Below, piece by piece: positions 10,650 to 21,251 of a DNA stretch of 64,000 nt. The stretch comes from Eubacteriales bacterium (GTDB lineage: Bacteria > Bacillota > Clostridia > Lachnospirales > JAITVM01), in contig JAVBOA010000006.1 of assembly GCA_031551135.1 (NCBI GenBank), positions 17,502 to 81,501 on the forward strand, in the 5' to 3' direction. The position numbers and the translations under genes were made by a program. Below the pieces are notes generated by a model. The model saw only the letters and a program-made list of their open reading frames with translations. It was not told the DNA's origin and did no database searches. Numbering within the stretch: the stretch's first letter is position 1; every line of letters begins with the position of its first letter.

Positions 10650-11795
10650 CTATTTTCTATTTTCCAATAAAGATTTAATGCCATAAGTTGCATCTAAAAG
10701 TGTTGATATAGAGCGGTCGTTATTTAAATAATCTATAATTTTAGCCATAAATTCTGACATATCTACAGAAATAAACCAATCGGCTTTATTAAGCTCAGGC
10801 GGAACATAAGTTAAATTTGTGGAAAAAACTCTGGTAATAAGTTTTTCTTCATAAGCTTGGTTAAATTTTTCTGTGCCTTCGGTGAACATTGCAAAAGTTG
10901 TGGCAACATAAACCCTGTTTGCTTTGCGTGCCTTTAGTTCTTTTACTATATCTAAAACAGATTCGCCGGAAGAAATCATATCATCCACGATCAAAACGTC
11001 CATGCCTTCGACTGATCTTCCGATATATTCGTGAGTAATAATCGGATTTTTTCCACAAACGAGCTTTGTATGGTCACGGCGTTTATAAAACAAACCGGTA
11101 TCTAATTTCAGCACGGAAGCGTAATAAATAGCTCTGTCCATAGCGCCGGTGTCCGGTGCAACAACAAGCATTTTTGATTTATCAAAATCCAAATTCTTTT
11201 CATTTTCAACGATACCTTTTACTATATCATAAGTTGGGTAAATATTTTCGAAGGATGCAAGTGGAATTGCATTTTGGATATTAGGGTCATGTACATCAAA
11301 TGTAAGGATATCTTTAACGCCCATTCGTTCTAATTCTTGCAAAGCAAGGGAGCAATCGAGCGATTCACGACCTTTTTTCTTATGTTGGCGAGAAGCGTAC
11401 AATAATGGCATAAAAACAGATGTTCTTCTTGCTTTTCCGCCGATAGCGGAAATAGTTCTTTTTATATCAAGAAAATGTTCATCCGGACCTTTAAGCGTAT
11501 TTTTTCCGTATAATTGATATGAACATGAGTAATTTCCAACATCGCAGATAATAAATATATCTTTACCTCGCACAGAATCAACTAGTTTTACTTTTCCTTC
11601 GCCATTGGCAAAACGAACTTCGTTTGCAGGCAATAGATAAGTAGATGGAATAATATCCTCAGAATTAAATTGTTTATTTAGCTCACGCCTTTGGATTATT
11701 CTCTTATCTACCTTTTTTCCAAGTTCTAACGCACTTTCCAAGGCGATAATACCCAATTGTCCATAAGGCTTGTATATCTGATTATTTTGGCTCAC
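10650..11795 (-). CDS. Ribose-phosphate pyrophosphokinase family protein (long, 381-aa form)
   Basis: PRPP-synthetase-like layout with VVAPDTGAMDRA and the PRPP-binding loop VLIVDDMISSGESV. Confidence 0.75.
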   Translation of the reverse strand: MSQNNQIYKPYGQLGIIALESALELGKKVDKRIIQRRELNKQFNSEDIIPSTYLLPANEVRFANGEGKVKLVDSVRGKDIFIICDVGNYSCSYQLYGKNTLKGPDEHFLDIKRTISAIGGKARRTSVFMPLLYASRQHKKKGRESLDCSLALQELERMGVKDILTFDVHDPNIQNAIPLASFENIYPTYDIVKGIVENEKNLDFDKSKMLVVAPDTGAMDRAIYYASVLKLDTGLFYKRRDHTKLVCGKNPIITHEYIGRSVEGMDVLIVDDMISSGESVLDIVKELKARKANRVYVATTFAMFTEGTEKFNQAYEEKLITRVFSTNLTYVPPELNKADWFISVDMSEFMAKIIDYLNNDRSISTLLDATYGIKSLLENRK

Positions 11796-11977
11796 GAAAA
11801 TATCTCCTTATAATTGATTGAGGCATACAAGATGAAATAATATACCTGTTTATAATATTTACTATTTATTGTTTTTTAATGTATTGTTTAAATTATACAA
11901 ATGATATTTCTACAGAAATACAACTATAGTATACAAGAGCAAATTAAAAAAATCAATGAAAAATAAAATTGCACAAA

Positions 11978-12022
11978 TAAAAAAACACATATATTTAGTC
12001 ATTAAAATCAAAATATATGTGT
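11978..12022 (-). terminator. Rho-independent terminator after the DHH gene
   Basis: Stem ACACATATAT (11985..11994) / ATATATGTGT (12012..12021), followed on the minus strand by a U-run (A-run 11978..11985 on plus). Confidence 0.6.
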
Positions 12023-12117
12023 CGATTCGCTATTATAAACCAAAATTCTTTTTTTAAATCAAATAATTCTTGTAAAAGATTACTAATATTTTACTAAAAA
12101 TAATTTTTTAATTATCA

Positions 12118-13026
12118 TTATTTGTTAATAAAGTTTATTATTTCGGAGATAGTTTTATCTGTATTTTCATATAATACCTGACAGGTTCCGACCTTTTTAT
12201 GACCGCCTCCGCCATATTTCAACATCAAAGAGCCTACATCAATATCAGAATCTTTCTTTATAATAGAATGTCCGACAGCGATAGACACATTGACTTTATT
12301 CCGTCCGTCTACAATCCAAAGATTTATGTTTTGTTCCGGGAAAATCGAATAGACCAAAAACCTGTTGCCGCTGTAGATTGTTTCTACATTTCTAAGGTCT
12401 GTAACAACACAGTCTCCATAAACTTTGGAATATTTCAAAAGCATTTCTTTGAAAAGCTCATTTTGCTCCTTATAAACTTCGATTCGCTCTAAAACATCTG
12501 GGTCTTTTAAAATTTCGCCGATTGATTTTTCGCCGCAAAGCCGCATTAATTTTTCCATCAGCTGATAATTGCTGATTCTGTAATTTCTGAAACGCCCCAA
12601 GCCGGTGCGCGGATCCATCAAAAAACCAATCAAAACCCAGCCCTGCGGATTCAAAATTTCATCTACGGTTAATTCGGCCGAATCGACTTTGTCGACGTAC
12701 TTAATCATTTCTTTTAAATTCGGAAATTCTTTTTCTCCGCCATAATATTCATAAATAATTCTTGCAGCACTTTTTTCAAGGCGCGATTCTCCTCTAAATT
12801 CAATCTTTCCGGAAATCCGTTCCTCTTCGCTGGAATGGTGGTCGAACCACATTCCACAACCCTCTATATATGGAACATTCGCCAATATGTCATTTTCTGT
12901 AACAGAAATTTTCCCATCTTGAACATCTTTAGGATGTACATATTCGTAAGAATCTACTAGGCCTTTAAATGTCAAAAGCGTTCCGCAAGCCAAACCATCA
13001 AAATCTGATCGAGTTAATAAACGCAA
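12118..13026 (-). CDS. DHH/DHHA1-type phosphoesterase (exopolyphosphatase/nanoRNase-related)
   Basis: Motifs SDFDGLACG, WFDHHSS (DHH) and GGGGHKKVG (DHHA1-like GGGH). I place the start at TTG 13026, preceded by AGGAGG-N7. The ORF-track start at 13062 is an upstream TTG without an RBS. Confidence 0.65.
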   Translation of the reverse strand: MRLLTRSDFDGLACGTLLTFKGLVDSYEYVHPKDVQDGKISVTENDILANVPYIEGCGMWFDHHSSEEERISGKIEFRGESRLEKSAARIIYEYYGGEKEFPNLKEMIKYVDKVDSAELTVDEILNPQGWVLIGFLMDPRTGLGRFRNYRISNYQLMEKLMRLCGEKSIGEILKDPDVLERIEVYKEQNELFKEMLLKYSKVYGDCVVTDLRNVETIYSGNRFLVYSIFPEQNINLWIVDGRNKVNVSIAVGHSIIKKDSDIDVGSLMLKYGGGGHKKVGTCQVLYENTDKTISEIINFINK

Positions 13027-13155
13027 AGTAATTCCTCCTAACCCATTTTTCGTTATTTCCAATTTGATATTTTTTCTGTTTTATAGATTGGAAATAGTAC
13101 AAGTATTATATATTTGTCGACATTATTTTGGGCTAAGAATAGGAAAAAACAAAAT

Positions 13156-14079
13156 TTACCCTAGATATTCTTTCCAGAGATTTTCCGGATATATATCATT
13201 TTTGATAAATTCGTTTATAGCGTTTACAACCGTTTCTTTATCTTCTTTATAAGTAACACCAAACCATTTTTCTTTGGAATGAAGAATTTTTACATTTGCT
13301 TTTTTTGCTTGTATCAATTCATCGACAACTGTCGGTAAGAAAAATTCGGCTTTTAAATTTTCTTTATTCTTCTCTAAAAATATCGGGAATAATCTTTCAA
13401 GCTCCGCAAAAATACTAGGCGTAAATCCCCACGTATTCATCGAAACAATCGTATCGGTTTTTAAAGGAGTAAAATCTCCGTTTTCTTCTAAATATTTTAT
13501 TTCATCATCAAATTTCTGGATATTTGTGCGCTCAACAATGCTTTTTAAAAATCCGTCCGCTGTAGATTCACAAACGCCTCTGGCGACATGACCGTTTTCA
13601 GAAATTGTCTTAGATAATTCGAATCCTACCATAGCGTAATTATAAAAATCAGCGTTATCTTTTACATTATTTAAAAAATCCGCAACAATTTCAAAAGAGC
13701 TTCTACCGTAAAAATCATCCGCATTTATTACCACAAAAGGTGTATCTACGCAATCTTTGCAAGATAAAACGGCGTGACCGGTGCCCCAAGGCTTTGTCCG
13801 TCCTTCGGGTGCGCTGAATCCGTCCGGCAAATTATCGACCTCTTGATAGACATATTCAACATCAATTATTTTTGCTATTTTATCTCCGATTATTTCTCTG
13901 AAACTCTCGTCGATTTCTTTTTTTATAATAAAAACGACTTTGCCGAATCCGGATTTAATCGCATCATAAATTGAATAATCCATAATTATTTCTCCGTGCG
14001 GTCCTACAGGCTCTATTTGTTTCAAACCGCCGAATCTGCTTCCGATACCGGCAGCCATTATTACTAAAGTAGGTTTCAT
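13156..14079 (-). CDS. Sugar-phosphate nucleotidyltransferase (UDP-sugar pyrophosphorylase-like)
   Basis: N-terminal VIMAAGIGSRFGG nucleotide-binding signature. ATG at 14079 preceded by GAGGAG. The 19-codon upstream extension in the ORF track lacks an RBS. Confidence 0.75.
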   Translation of the reverse strand: MKPTLVIMAAGIGSRFGGLKQIEPVGPHGEIIMDYSIYDAIKSGFGKVVFIIKKEIDESFREIIGDKIAKIIDVEYVYQEVDNLPDGFSAPEGRTKPWGTGHAVLSCKDCVDTPFVVINADDFYGRSSFEIVADFLNNVKDNADFYNYAMVGFELSKTISENGHVARGVCESTADGFLKSIVERTNIQKFDDEIKYLEENGDFTPLKTDTIVSMNTWGFTPSIFAELERLFPIFLEKNKENLKAEFFLPTVVDELIQAKKANVKILHSKEKWFGVTYKEDKETVVNAINEFIKNDIYPENLWKEYLG

Positions 14080-14194
14080 AATATACACTCCTCTATAAAT
14101 ACGGCAGAGTATTACACCGCCGAAAAATATTTGCAAACATTAAATATTCTATTTCAAAAACATAATATCGTCAACATTTTCGAATTCATTTTTA

Positions 14195-14240
14195 CACTAT
14201 TTCCAAATAAAGTTTATTGCCGGAAAAATCGGAAATAGCG
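14195..14240. repeat. Short hairpin resembling a terminal-repeat-only remnant of the family-1 element
   Basis: CACTATTTCC ... GGAAATAGCG inverted repeat. Matches the ACTATTTCC / GGAAATAGT variant of the terminal repeats seen at 27189 and 20831. Confidence 0.35.
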
Positions 14241-14332
14241 ATATTTTTTTTGTGAAATTTTTAATCAGCTCTCATTTGATTTTTTTTTTGATGAAGTTTA
14301 TACTAAATACAGTAGTATGAATTACTGTTTAG

Positions 14333-15367
<1,035 letters not shown>

Positions 15368-15376
15368 AAATATTTT

Positions 15377-15407
15377 GGGCAGAATTTAAATCTGCCCTAT
15401 TTTTTTT
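15377..15407 (+). terminator. Rho-independent terminator after galE (overlaps the 3' end of rluB)
   Basis: GGGCAGA (15377..15383) / TCTGCCC (15391..15397) followed by T8. Confidence 0.75.
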
Positions 15408-16102
15408 AAATATGCAATTTCGGATTTATTCAAATACCGGTATTTTCCCGATTGCAAATCTCCGATTTTTATTTCTCCGATTGCAACTCTTTGCAAAGTA
15501 ATAACCGGACAGTTTATTTTTTCGCACATTTTTCTGACTTGCCGGTTTTTACCTTCCCGAATAATTATTTCGACTTCAGTTTGATTATTTTTAGTGCTGA
15601 GTATTTTTAATGAAGCCGGAGAAGTTTTGTAATCTTCTATTTGCAGTCCGGATTTAAAATCTTTTATATTACTTTCCGTAGGAATCCCGTCAACAAGAGC
15701 TTTGTAAGTTTTTTGGACTTCATGTTTCGGGTGAGTCAGCTTGAATGTCAAATCGCCGTCGTTTGTTAAAATAATCAACCCCGAAGTATCATAATCCAGT
15801 CTTCCCACGGGATAAATCCGTGTATCATTTATTTTTACTAAATCGGTAACGGTTTTTCTGTTAAATTGGTCTTTTGCGGAAGAAATATAGCCGATCGGTT
15901 TATTTAACATTATGTAAATATGATCTGATTTTTTTTCAACTTTTATATTTCTAAAACAAACTTCATCTTTTTCCGGTTCGATTTTTGTTCCCAATTCGGT
16001 AACGGTTTCGCCGTTAATTTTTATTTCGCCGTTTAAAATCAATTCTTCGGCTTTTCTTCTTGAGCAAATTCCGCATTCCGCAAGATATTTTTGTAATCTC
16101 AA
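15386..16102 (-). CDS. rluB: Pseudouridine synthase, RsuA/RluB family with N-terminal S4 domain
   Basis: S4 motif RLQKYLAECGICSRRKAEELI. Catalytic region VGRLDYDTSGLIILTNDG. TTG start. Confidence 0.85.
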   Translation of the reverse strand: MRLQKYLAECGICSRRKAEELILNGEIKINGETVTELGTKIEPEKDEVCFRNIKVEKKSDHIYIMLNKPIGYISSAKDQFNRKTVTDLVKINDTRIYPVGRLDYDTSGLIILTNDGDLTFKLTHPKHEVQKTYKALVDGIPTESNIKDFKSGLQIEDYKTSPASLKILSTKNNQTEVEIIIREGKNRQVRKMCEKINCPVITLQRVAIGEIKIGDLQSGKYRYLNKSEIAYLKKIGQI

Positions 16103-16200
16103 TGCTTTTAGCTCCTTATAAAAATATATTAAAGCTTTTTCAATATACTTTAGAATGGCGAGTTACGCCATTCTAAAGCGGTTTTTTAATATTTTAATAT

Positions 16201-17385
16201 TTAATATTCAAATTCAGGTAAAATTATATTTACTTCATCTCGGGTAGTAATTGAAATAAGTTCATTTAAAACAAATTCCATGCAAGTTTTTAAATCATGG
16301 CGCTCTGCCGAGGAATCGGTTATTAAATCAATTTCGGTATAAAGTTCGTTATTTATAAAGACTTGCGCACAGCCTAATTTTTGATTTACGGTTACAGGTG
16401 CTTTGATAGTTTCAGGAGCCTCAATTTTTATTTGCAAAGAATTATATTCTTCATTTGTCAGCGGCAATTGCAAGCTCTCTTTGAAATAAAGATTCATTTC
16501 CATGGTTTTGCTTCGTTCTACATGCAAGTTTGTAGCAATTTGAGAGTTATCAATTATATAATAATATTTAAAATTATTAAATCCATAGTTCAATAATTCC
16601 TTAGCGTCCTTGAATTTTTGGTTTTTTCCGCGGTCGCCCCAGCCGCTTTGCAAAACAACAGACACCAACTGCATTCCGTTTCGTTTCGCCGAACCGACAA
16701 AACAATGTCCGGCTTTATTAGTAAAGCCTGTTTTAATTCCGTTCGCGCCTTCCATTTCTTTTAATAAACGGTTTTTATTATTGAAAGTGTAAGCGCGCTT
16801 GTCACTGCTGAAAGTTATGTTTGAAGTATTTATTATTTTAACAAATTCTTTGTTTTGCAGAGCATAATTAGACATTAAGGCTAAATCGTAGGAAGTTGAG
16901 TGATGATTGCCTGCATCCAATCCGTTTGGAGTTTCAAAAAGCGTATCTTTAGCGCCTAAATCAATTGCTTTATCGGTCATCATTTTGCAAAAATTCTCGA
17001 CAGAACCGCCAACATGTTCAGCGATTGCAACAGCGGCATCATTCGAGGACTCCAGCATCAGCGCATAAAGCAGGAATTTCAATTTTATTTTTTCGCCTTT
17101 TTGTAAATTCATTTTTACTTTAGGCGCAGTTGTTGCTTTTTGCGAAACAATAACTTCATCGTTCAAATTAGCGTTTTCCAATGTAATTATGGCGGTCATA
17201 ATCTTTGTTGTGCTGGCCATCGGCATTGGAGCAAAAGCGTCCTTTTCCCATAAAACTTTTCCCGTTTTGCAATCCATCAAAATTGCGGATTTTGATTCGA
17301 CTTTCGGCTCTTTCTTTTCTTCGGCGTGTAAATTTCCTATGATAAATGATGAAAACAACAAATAAATAAGTATAAACTTTCGCAT
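16201..17385 (-). CDS. D-alanyl-D-alanine carboxypeptidase (PBP5-type, S11)
   Basis: Signal peptide. SxxK motif MASTTKIMT. ESSNDAA (SxN). Later GIKTGFT (KTG). Confidence 0.85.
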   Translation of the reverse strand: MRKFILIYLLFSSFIIGNLHAEEKKEPKVESKSAILMDCKTGKVLWEKDAFAPMPMASTTKIMTAIITLENANLNDEVIVSQKATTAPKVKMNLQKGEKIKLKFLLYALMLESSNDAAVAIAEHVGGSVENFCKMMTDKAIDLGAKDTLFETPNGLDAGNHHSTSYDLALMSNYALQNKEFVKIINTSNITFSSDKRAYTFNNKNRLLKEMEGANGIKTGFTNKAGHCFVGSAKRNGMQLVSVVLQSGWGDRGKNQKFKDAKELLNYGFNNFKYYYIIDNSQIATNLHVERSKTMEMNLYFKESLQLPLTNEEYNSLQIKIEAPETIKAPVTVNQKLGCAQVFINNELYTEIDLITDSSAERHDLKTCMEFVLNELISITTRDEVNIILPEFEY

Positions 17386-17471
17386 AATAGTTCTCCTTTG
17401 TGATGTTCTTTTAGGAATAGTTTATACTTAAAAATAAATTTTATTTTGGAAATTTTTAGAGGTATTACAGA

Positions 17472-18014
17472 CTAATGGTCAAAAAAGCCTTGCTCTTGAG
17501 TGCTGCCTGTTTTAAGAATCGGCAATCTATCAAGCCCCGAATATCCGTAATATTTCAAAAATTCGTCGGTAGTACCAAAAATTATCGGTTTACCCGGCGA
17601 TTCCAAACGACCTTTCTCACAAACAAGCTCGTATTCGATAAGTTTATTAATGGCGTGCTCGGCGCTGACCCCTCTTATTTCTTCTATATCATTTTTGGTT
17701 ATAGGCTGCTTATATGCGACTATTGCCAAGGTTTCCAATAATGTTTGAGTCAATTTCTTTTTTGGTTTTGTTCCGAAAAGCTCTTTCAGATAATCGAAAT
17801 AAATCGGATTTGTACACATTTGAACTTCTTCGCCGACTTCGATAATCACAATTCCCCGCTCTTCGTTATAATATTTATCCGATAAATTTTTTATAACAAG
17901 CCTTGTTGATTTTAAATCAAGATTCAGAAGCTCTGATATTTTTTTCAAAGAAAAAGAATTTCCGGAGGCGAATAAAATCGCTTCAATTATTTTTTCACAT
18001 TTATTCGGATTCAT
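17472..18014 (-). CDS. scpB: Segregation and condensation protein B
   Basis: 180 aa. IEAILFASG ... LETLAIVAYKQPITKNDIEEIRGV ... typical ScpB winged-helix repeats. Immediately downstream of scpA. Confidence 0.9.
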   Translation of the reverse strand: MNPNKCEKIIEAILFASGNSFSLKKISELLNLDLKSTRLVIKNLSDKYYNEERGIVIIEVGEEVQMCTNPIYFDYLKELFGTKPKKKLTQTLLETLAIVAYKQPITKNDIEEIRGVSAEHAINKLIEYELVCEKGRLESPGKPIIFGTTDEFLKYYGYSGLDRLPILKTGSTQEQGFFDH

Positions 18015-18028
18015 AAAACAAAACTCCC

Positions 18029-18775
18029 TTATAGCGGAATTATTATAATTTCGTCAAAAAGATTTTCTTGAAGCACATTTATTAATTTCAATTTAAGCAT
18101 TTCTAAAACCGCTAAAAATGTTACCACAATTTCGATTTTATTTTCCGAGTCCGAAAAAATATCTCTAAAAAATATGGATTTCTTATTAGTAAATTGTTTT
18201 TTGATTAATAAAATTTGATTTTCAATCGTAAACGAATCTTTTTTTATTGAATTGAATGAAAAACGAATTTTGTCTTTTTTTAATTCTTTGCGGTTAAGGA
18301 TATCTAAAAAAACTTTCTGCATTGTTTCAAGCGGTATATTTTCTAAAAAATCTTCGGGCTTATGTAATTTTTCTCCGATTAAAAATTCGATTAAATTCGC
18401 ATTTTCTTCCCTGAAAATAACTTTCTCCGAAAAAACTTCTTCATTTCGTAATATTTCCGATATCTCTTTAAAACGTTTATATTCCAATAATCTGCGAACC
18501 AATTCTTCACGCGGGTCAATATTTTCATCGGTTTCTGTAGCATTTTTTGGTTTTGGCAAAAGCATTTTTGATTTAATCTCTAAAAGCGTCGAAGCCATGA
18601 CCAGAAATTCGCTTATATTATCCATATCGCGCGTAGAAAATGTATATTCCATAAATTGGTCGGTGATTAAAGCTATCGGAATATCATAGATATTCAGTTC
18701 ATTTTTCTCAATCAAATGATAGAGCAAATCCAGCGGACCTTCAAAAATTTCTAATTTAATATTTATATCTTTCAT
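18029..18775 (-). CDS. scpA: Segregation and condensation protein A
   Basis: 248 aa. FEGPLDLLYHLIEKNELNIYDIPIALITDQF is a typical ScpA N-terminus. Confidence 0.9.
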   Translation of the reverse strand: MKDINIKLEIFEGPLDLLYHLIEKNELNIYDIPIALITDQFMEYTFSTRDMDNISEFLVMASTLLEIKSKMLLPKPKNATETDENIDPREELVRRLLEYKRFKEISEILRNEEVFSEKVIFREENANLIEFLIGEKLHKPEDFLENIPLETMQKVFLDILNRKELKKDKIRFSFNSIKKDSFTIENQILLIKKQFTNKKSIFFRDIFSDSENKIEIVVTFLAVLEMLKLKLINVLQENLFDEIIIIPL

Positions 18776-19356
18776 TTGTACAACGGCCCCAAAATAAGTT
18801 TTAATATAAAATCATTTACTCCGCTTATAAATCCGAATGATACAAGCAAAATAAGAATTATCTGCAAAGTTTTTTCCATATTGCTGTATTTTACAATCTG
18901 ATTTGGTTTTAAAAAACACATTAATATTTTTGAGCCGTCCAGCGGTGTGATCGGAATAAAATTCAACACACCAAAAGTAATACTCATAGGTATAAATTCT
19001 TGAAAAAATGCATAAAGATAGAGGTTTAAATTTATATTCAAATAAAGAATGGCCAATAAAATCGCTAAGACTATATTAACAACGGGCGGAATAACATAAG
19101 TCAATGTAATCCCTCTTGTTCGGTTTTTATAAAAATGAGTTTGATTATACAGTGGCTTTCCCCAGCCCAAACCAAAAAACACACAAATCAAATAACCGAT
19201 AGGCTCTATATGTTTAAGGGGATTCAAAGTAAGGCGTTTTTCCTTTTTTGGAGCTTCGTCTCCAAATTTGTAAGAAATAAAACATTTTAAAAATTCGTGT
19301 ATTGTGATTATGAGCGCCGCGCAGATTAATCGGCTGATTAAGCTTAATGCATCCAA
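18772..19356 (-). CDS. Site-2 protease (M50) family membrane protein with a degenerate metal site
   Basis: Family hallmarks RLTLNPLKHIEPIG and NFIPITPLDGSKIL are present. The expected HExxH reads HEFLK (cac gaa ttt tta aaa). Confidence 0.7.
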   Translation of the reverse strand: MDALSLISRLICAALIITIHEFLKCFISYKFGDEAPKKEKRLTLNPLKHIEPIGYLICVFFGLGWGKPLYNQTHFYKNRTRGITLTYVIPPVVNIVLAILLAILYLNINLNLYLYAFFQEFIPMSITFGVLNFIPITPLDGSKILMCFLKPNQIVKYSNMEKTLQIILILLVSFGFISGVNDFILKLILGPLYK

Positions 19357-19505
19357 TATATTTCCTCCTAAAGATTTTTATCAAATGTACTAAAAAACAT
19401 TTCAAATTATATTATATATTATTTTTAAAATATAGTACAGTAGGGGCTAAATCAAAAAAAGACAGGCGAAAATCTGAAATATTTTTGCCTGCCGTAAAAT
19501 TTATT

Positions 19506-20729
19506 CTACTTTTCCTGCTCTTTATTCTCTTCTATATTTTTCTCTTTATTTTCTTCTTTATCGCCTTTAAACCAATTCTTTAATGATTTCTGCAAAATCT
19601 CCCAATTGCTGGCGATTTCAACATCTTCTGCAACAATCAAATCGCTTCGGCCGACTTCTTTATCATTGAATGAATAAACTATTTCTCCGGCTTTTGTTCC
19701 TTTTTTAACAGGAGCGTTTATGCCGGTCAAAATTTGAACATCTTGTGCCAATGTTTTGCTGTTTCCTTTGGCAACAATTGTATTTACCATATCTTTTACA
19801 ACAACATCAACATCTTCGGCTTTGCCTTTTAATACAGGAATTTTCCCGACAACCGTTCCCGGTGCTTCACCCGAAGCAAGAGCGAAAGTTGCAAAACCAT
19901 AGTCGAACATTTTCATAACTTCATGAAATCGCACAGTCGGGTCGGGAGCAGCCAATATTACCCCGATAAGCGACATTCCGTCGCGTTCCGCTGTTCCGGA
20001 TAAACAATATAAAGCTTTTGAGGTCGAGCCGGTTTTTAATCCCGTTGCGCCTTGATATTTTTTTACTAATTTATTTGTGTTTGTCAAACCGAATTCGGAT
20101 TCGCCGCGCGCTGTTTTATGGGTAATCGTGTCCTGCCATACTTTAGAATATTCGAAAACCTGCGGATATTTTGTTATTAATTCTTTTGTCATCAAAGCAA
20201 TATCGTACGCAGAAGAATAATGGTCATCTGCATCAAGACCGCAGGCATTCATAAAATGCGAATTTTCCATATTCAAAACCGCTGCTTTCTCGTTCATCAT
20301 ATTAACAAAATTTTCTTCGCTTCCGGCGATAAATTCAGCCATCGCAACCGACGCGTCATTTGCAGAAGCGATTAAAACAGATTTTGTTAAATCCCGTACG
20401 GATTGTTGTTCCGAAGGCTCTAAAAAAATTTGGGAGCCGCCCATTCCGGCTGCGTGTTCGCTCACCGTAACAATATCTTCCCATTTTATTTTTCCGGTTT
20501 CGAGAGCTTCATAAATAAGCAAAATTGTCATAATTTTTGTAACGCTTGCGGGAGCTAATTTTTCGTGAGAATTTTGGTCAAGAATAATTTTTCCCGAAGT
20601 CGGCTCAATTAATATTGCAGATTTTGCGTCAACATTAAGTGACGGAACTTCTTCTGCGAATACTGTGCCGATAGAAGACAAAATCAAAACAATCGATATC
20701 AATAGTGATATTTTTCTCTTAAAAAACAT
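19506..20729 (-). CDS. D-alanyl-D-alanine carboxypeptidase (second S11 paralog)
   Basis: Start moved to ATG 20729, preceded by AAGGAGG. Signal peptide MFFKRKISLLISIVLILSSIGTVFA. PASVTKIMT (SxxK), ASANDAS (SxN), GLKTGST (KTG). Confidence 0.85.
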   Translation of the reverse strand: MFFKRKISLLISIVLILSSIGTVFAEEVPSLNVDAKSAILIEPTSGKIILDQNSHEKLAPASVTKIMTILLIYEALETGKIKWEDIVTVSEHAAGMGGSQIFLEPSEQQSVRDLTKSVLIASANDASVAMAEFIAGSEENFVNMMNEKAAVLNMENSHFMNACGLDADDHYSSAYDIALMTKELITKYPQVFEYSKVWQDTITHKTARGESEFGLTNTNKLVKKYQGATGLKTGSTSKALYCLSGTAERDGMSLIGVILAAPDPTVRFHEVMKMFDYGFATFALASGEAPGTVVGKIPVLKGKAEDVDVVVKDMVNTIVAKGNSKTLAQDVQILTGINAPVKKGTKAGEIVYSFNDKEVGRSDLIVAEDVEIASNWEILQKSLKNWFKGDKEENKEKNIEENKEQEK

Positions 20730-20830
20730 AAAAGTCCTCCTTAAATTAGAATATGTTTTATTCTTAATTTTAGGTTGGACTTTTTTTGACAAAATATACT
20801 TAATAATCATTAATTTTTCAAAATCTTATT

Positions 20831-20866
20831 TAATACTATTTTCATTATAATGGAAATAGTATAAAT
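20831..20866. repeat. Terminal-repeat-only mini-hairpin of the family-1 element
   Basis: ATACTATTTTCATT / AATGGAAATAGTAT, 14-nt arms with almost no loop. About 100 nt upstream of the carboxypeptidase start. Confidence 0.55.
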
Positions 20867-20874
20867 ATATCAAA

Positions 20875-21201
20875 TTAATTGGTATCGTTTTTTAATCTTC
20901 TTAATTCATCCATTTGTTTTAAATAATTTATTTGGGTTTCTGTTTTACCGGCATAAATATCATGTTCGGTAACATTTGTAGAATTGAACTCTTCTTTCGA
21001 AACCTGCACAGCATTATTGCAAATAGGACAAGCAATTAAATAAATGGTTCTATAAGGAATAAGGGGTATAAAAAACAAAGTAAACCATGTGGTAACTCTA
21101 AGCTTGTGCATGTCCACATTATTATTACAATGTTTACAATGATCTTTACCTACCGTACCAAAATCCTTAACGGTTCTATGACCGAAACCAAAAATCAACA
21201 A
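20875..21201 (-). CDS. Zinc-ribbon membrane protein, function unknown
   Basis: CxxC pairs (CKHCNN ... CPICNN) flank a hydrophobic segment TWFTLFFIPLIPY. TTG start. Confidence 0.5.
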   Translation of the reverse strand: MLIFGFGHRTVKDFGTVGKDHCKHCNNNVDMHKLRVTTWFTLFFIPLIPYRTIYLIACPICNNAVQVSKEEFNSTNVTEHDIYAGKTETQINYLKQMDELRRLKNDTN

Positions 21202-21251
21202 TAAATCTACACCTCACAAAGCGAATTTTATTAAATATTTTCAGCAAAAAA

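Noticed and set aside
16148-16178. 13-bp hairpin CTTTAGAATGGCG / CGCCATTCTAAAG as terminator of the DD-carboxypeptidase gene
   Set aside because: The U-tract is on the plus strand only, while both flanking genes are on the minus strand. The orientation does not fit a simple terminator, so it is left unassigned.
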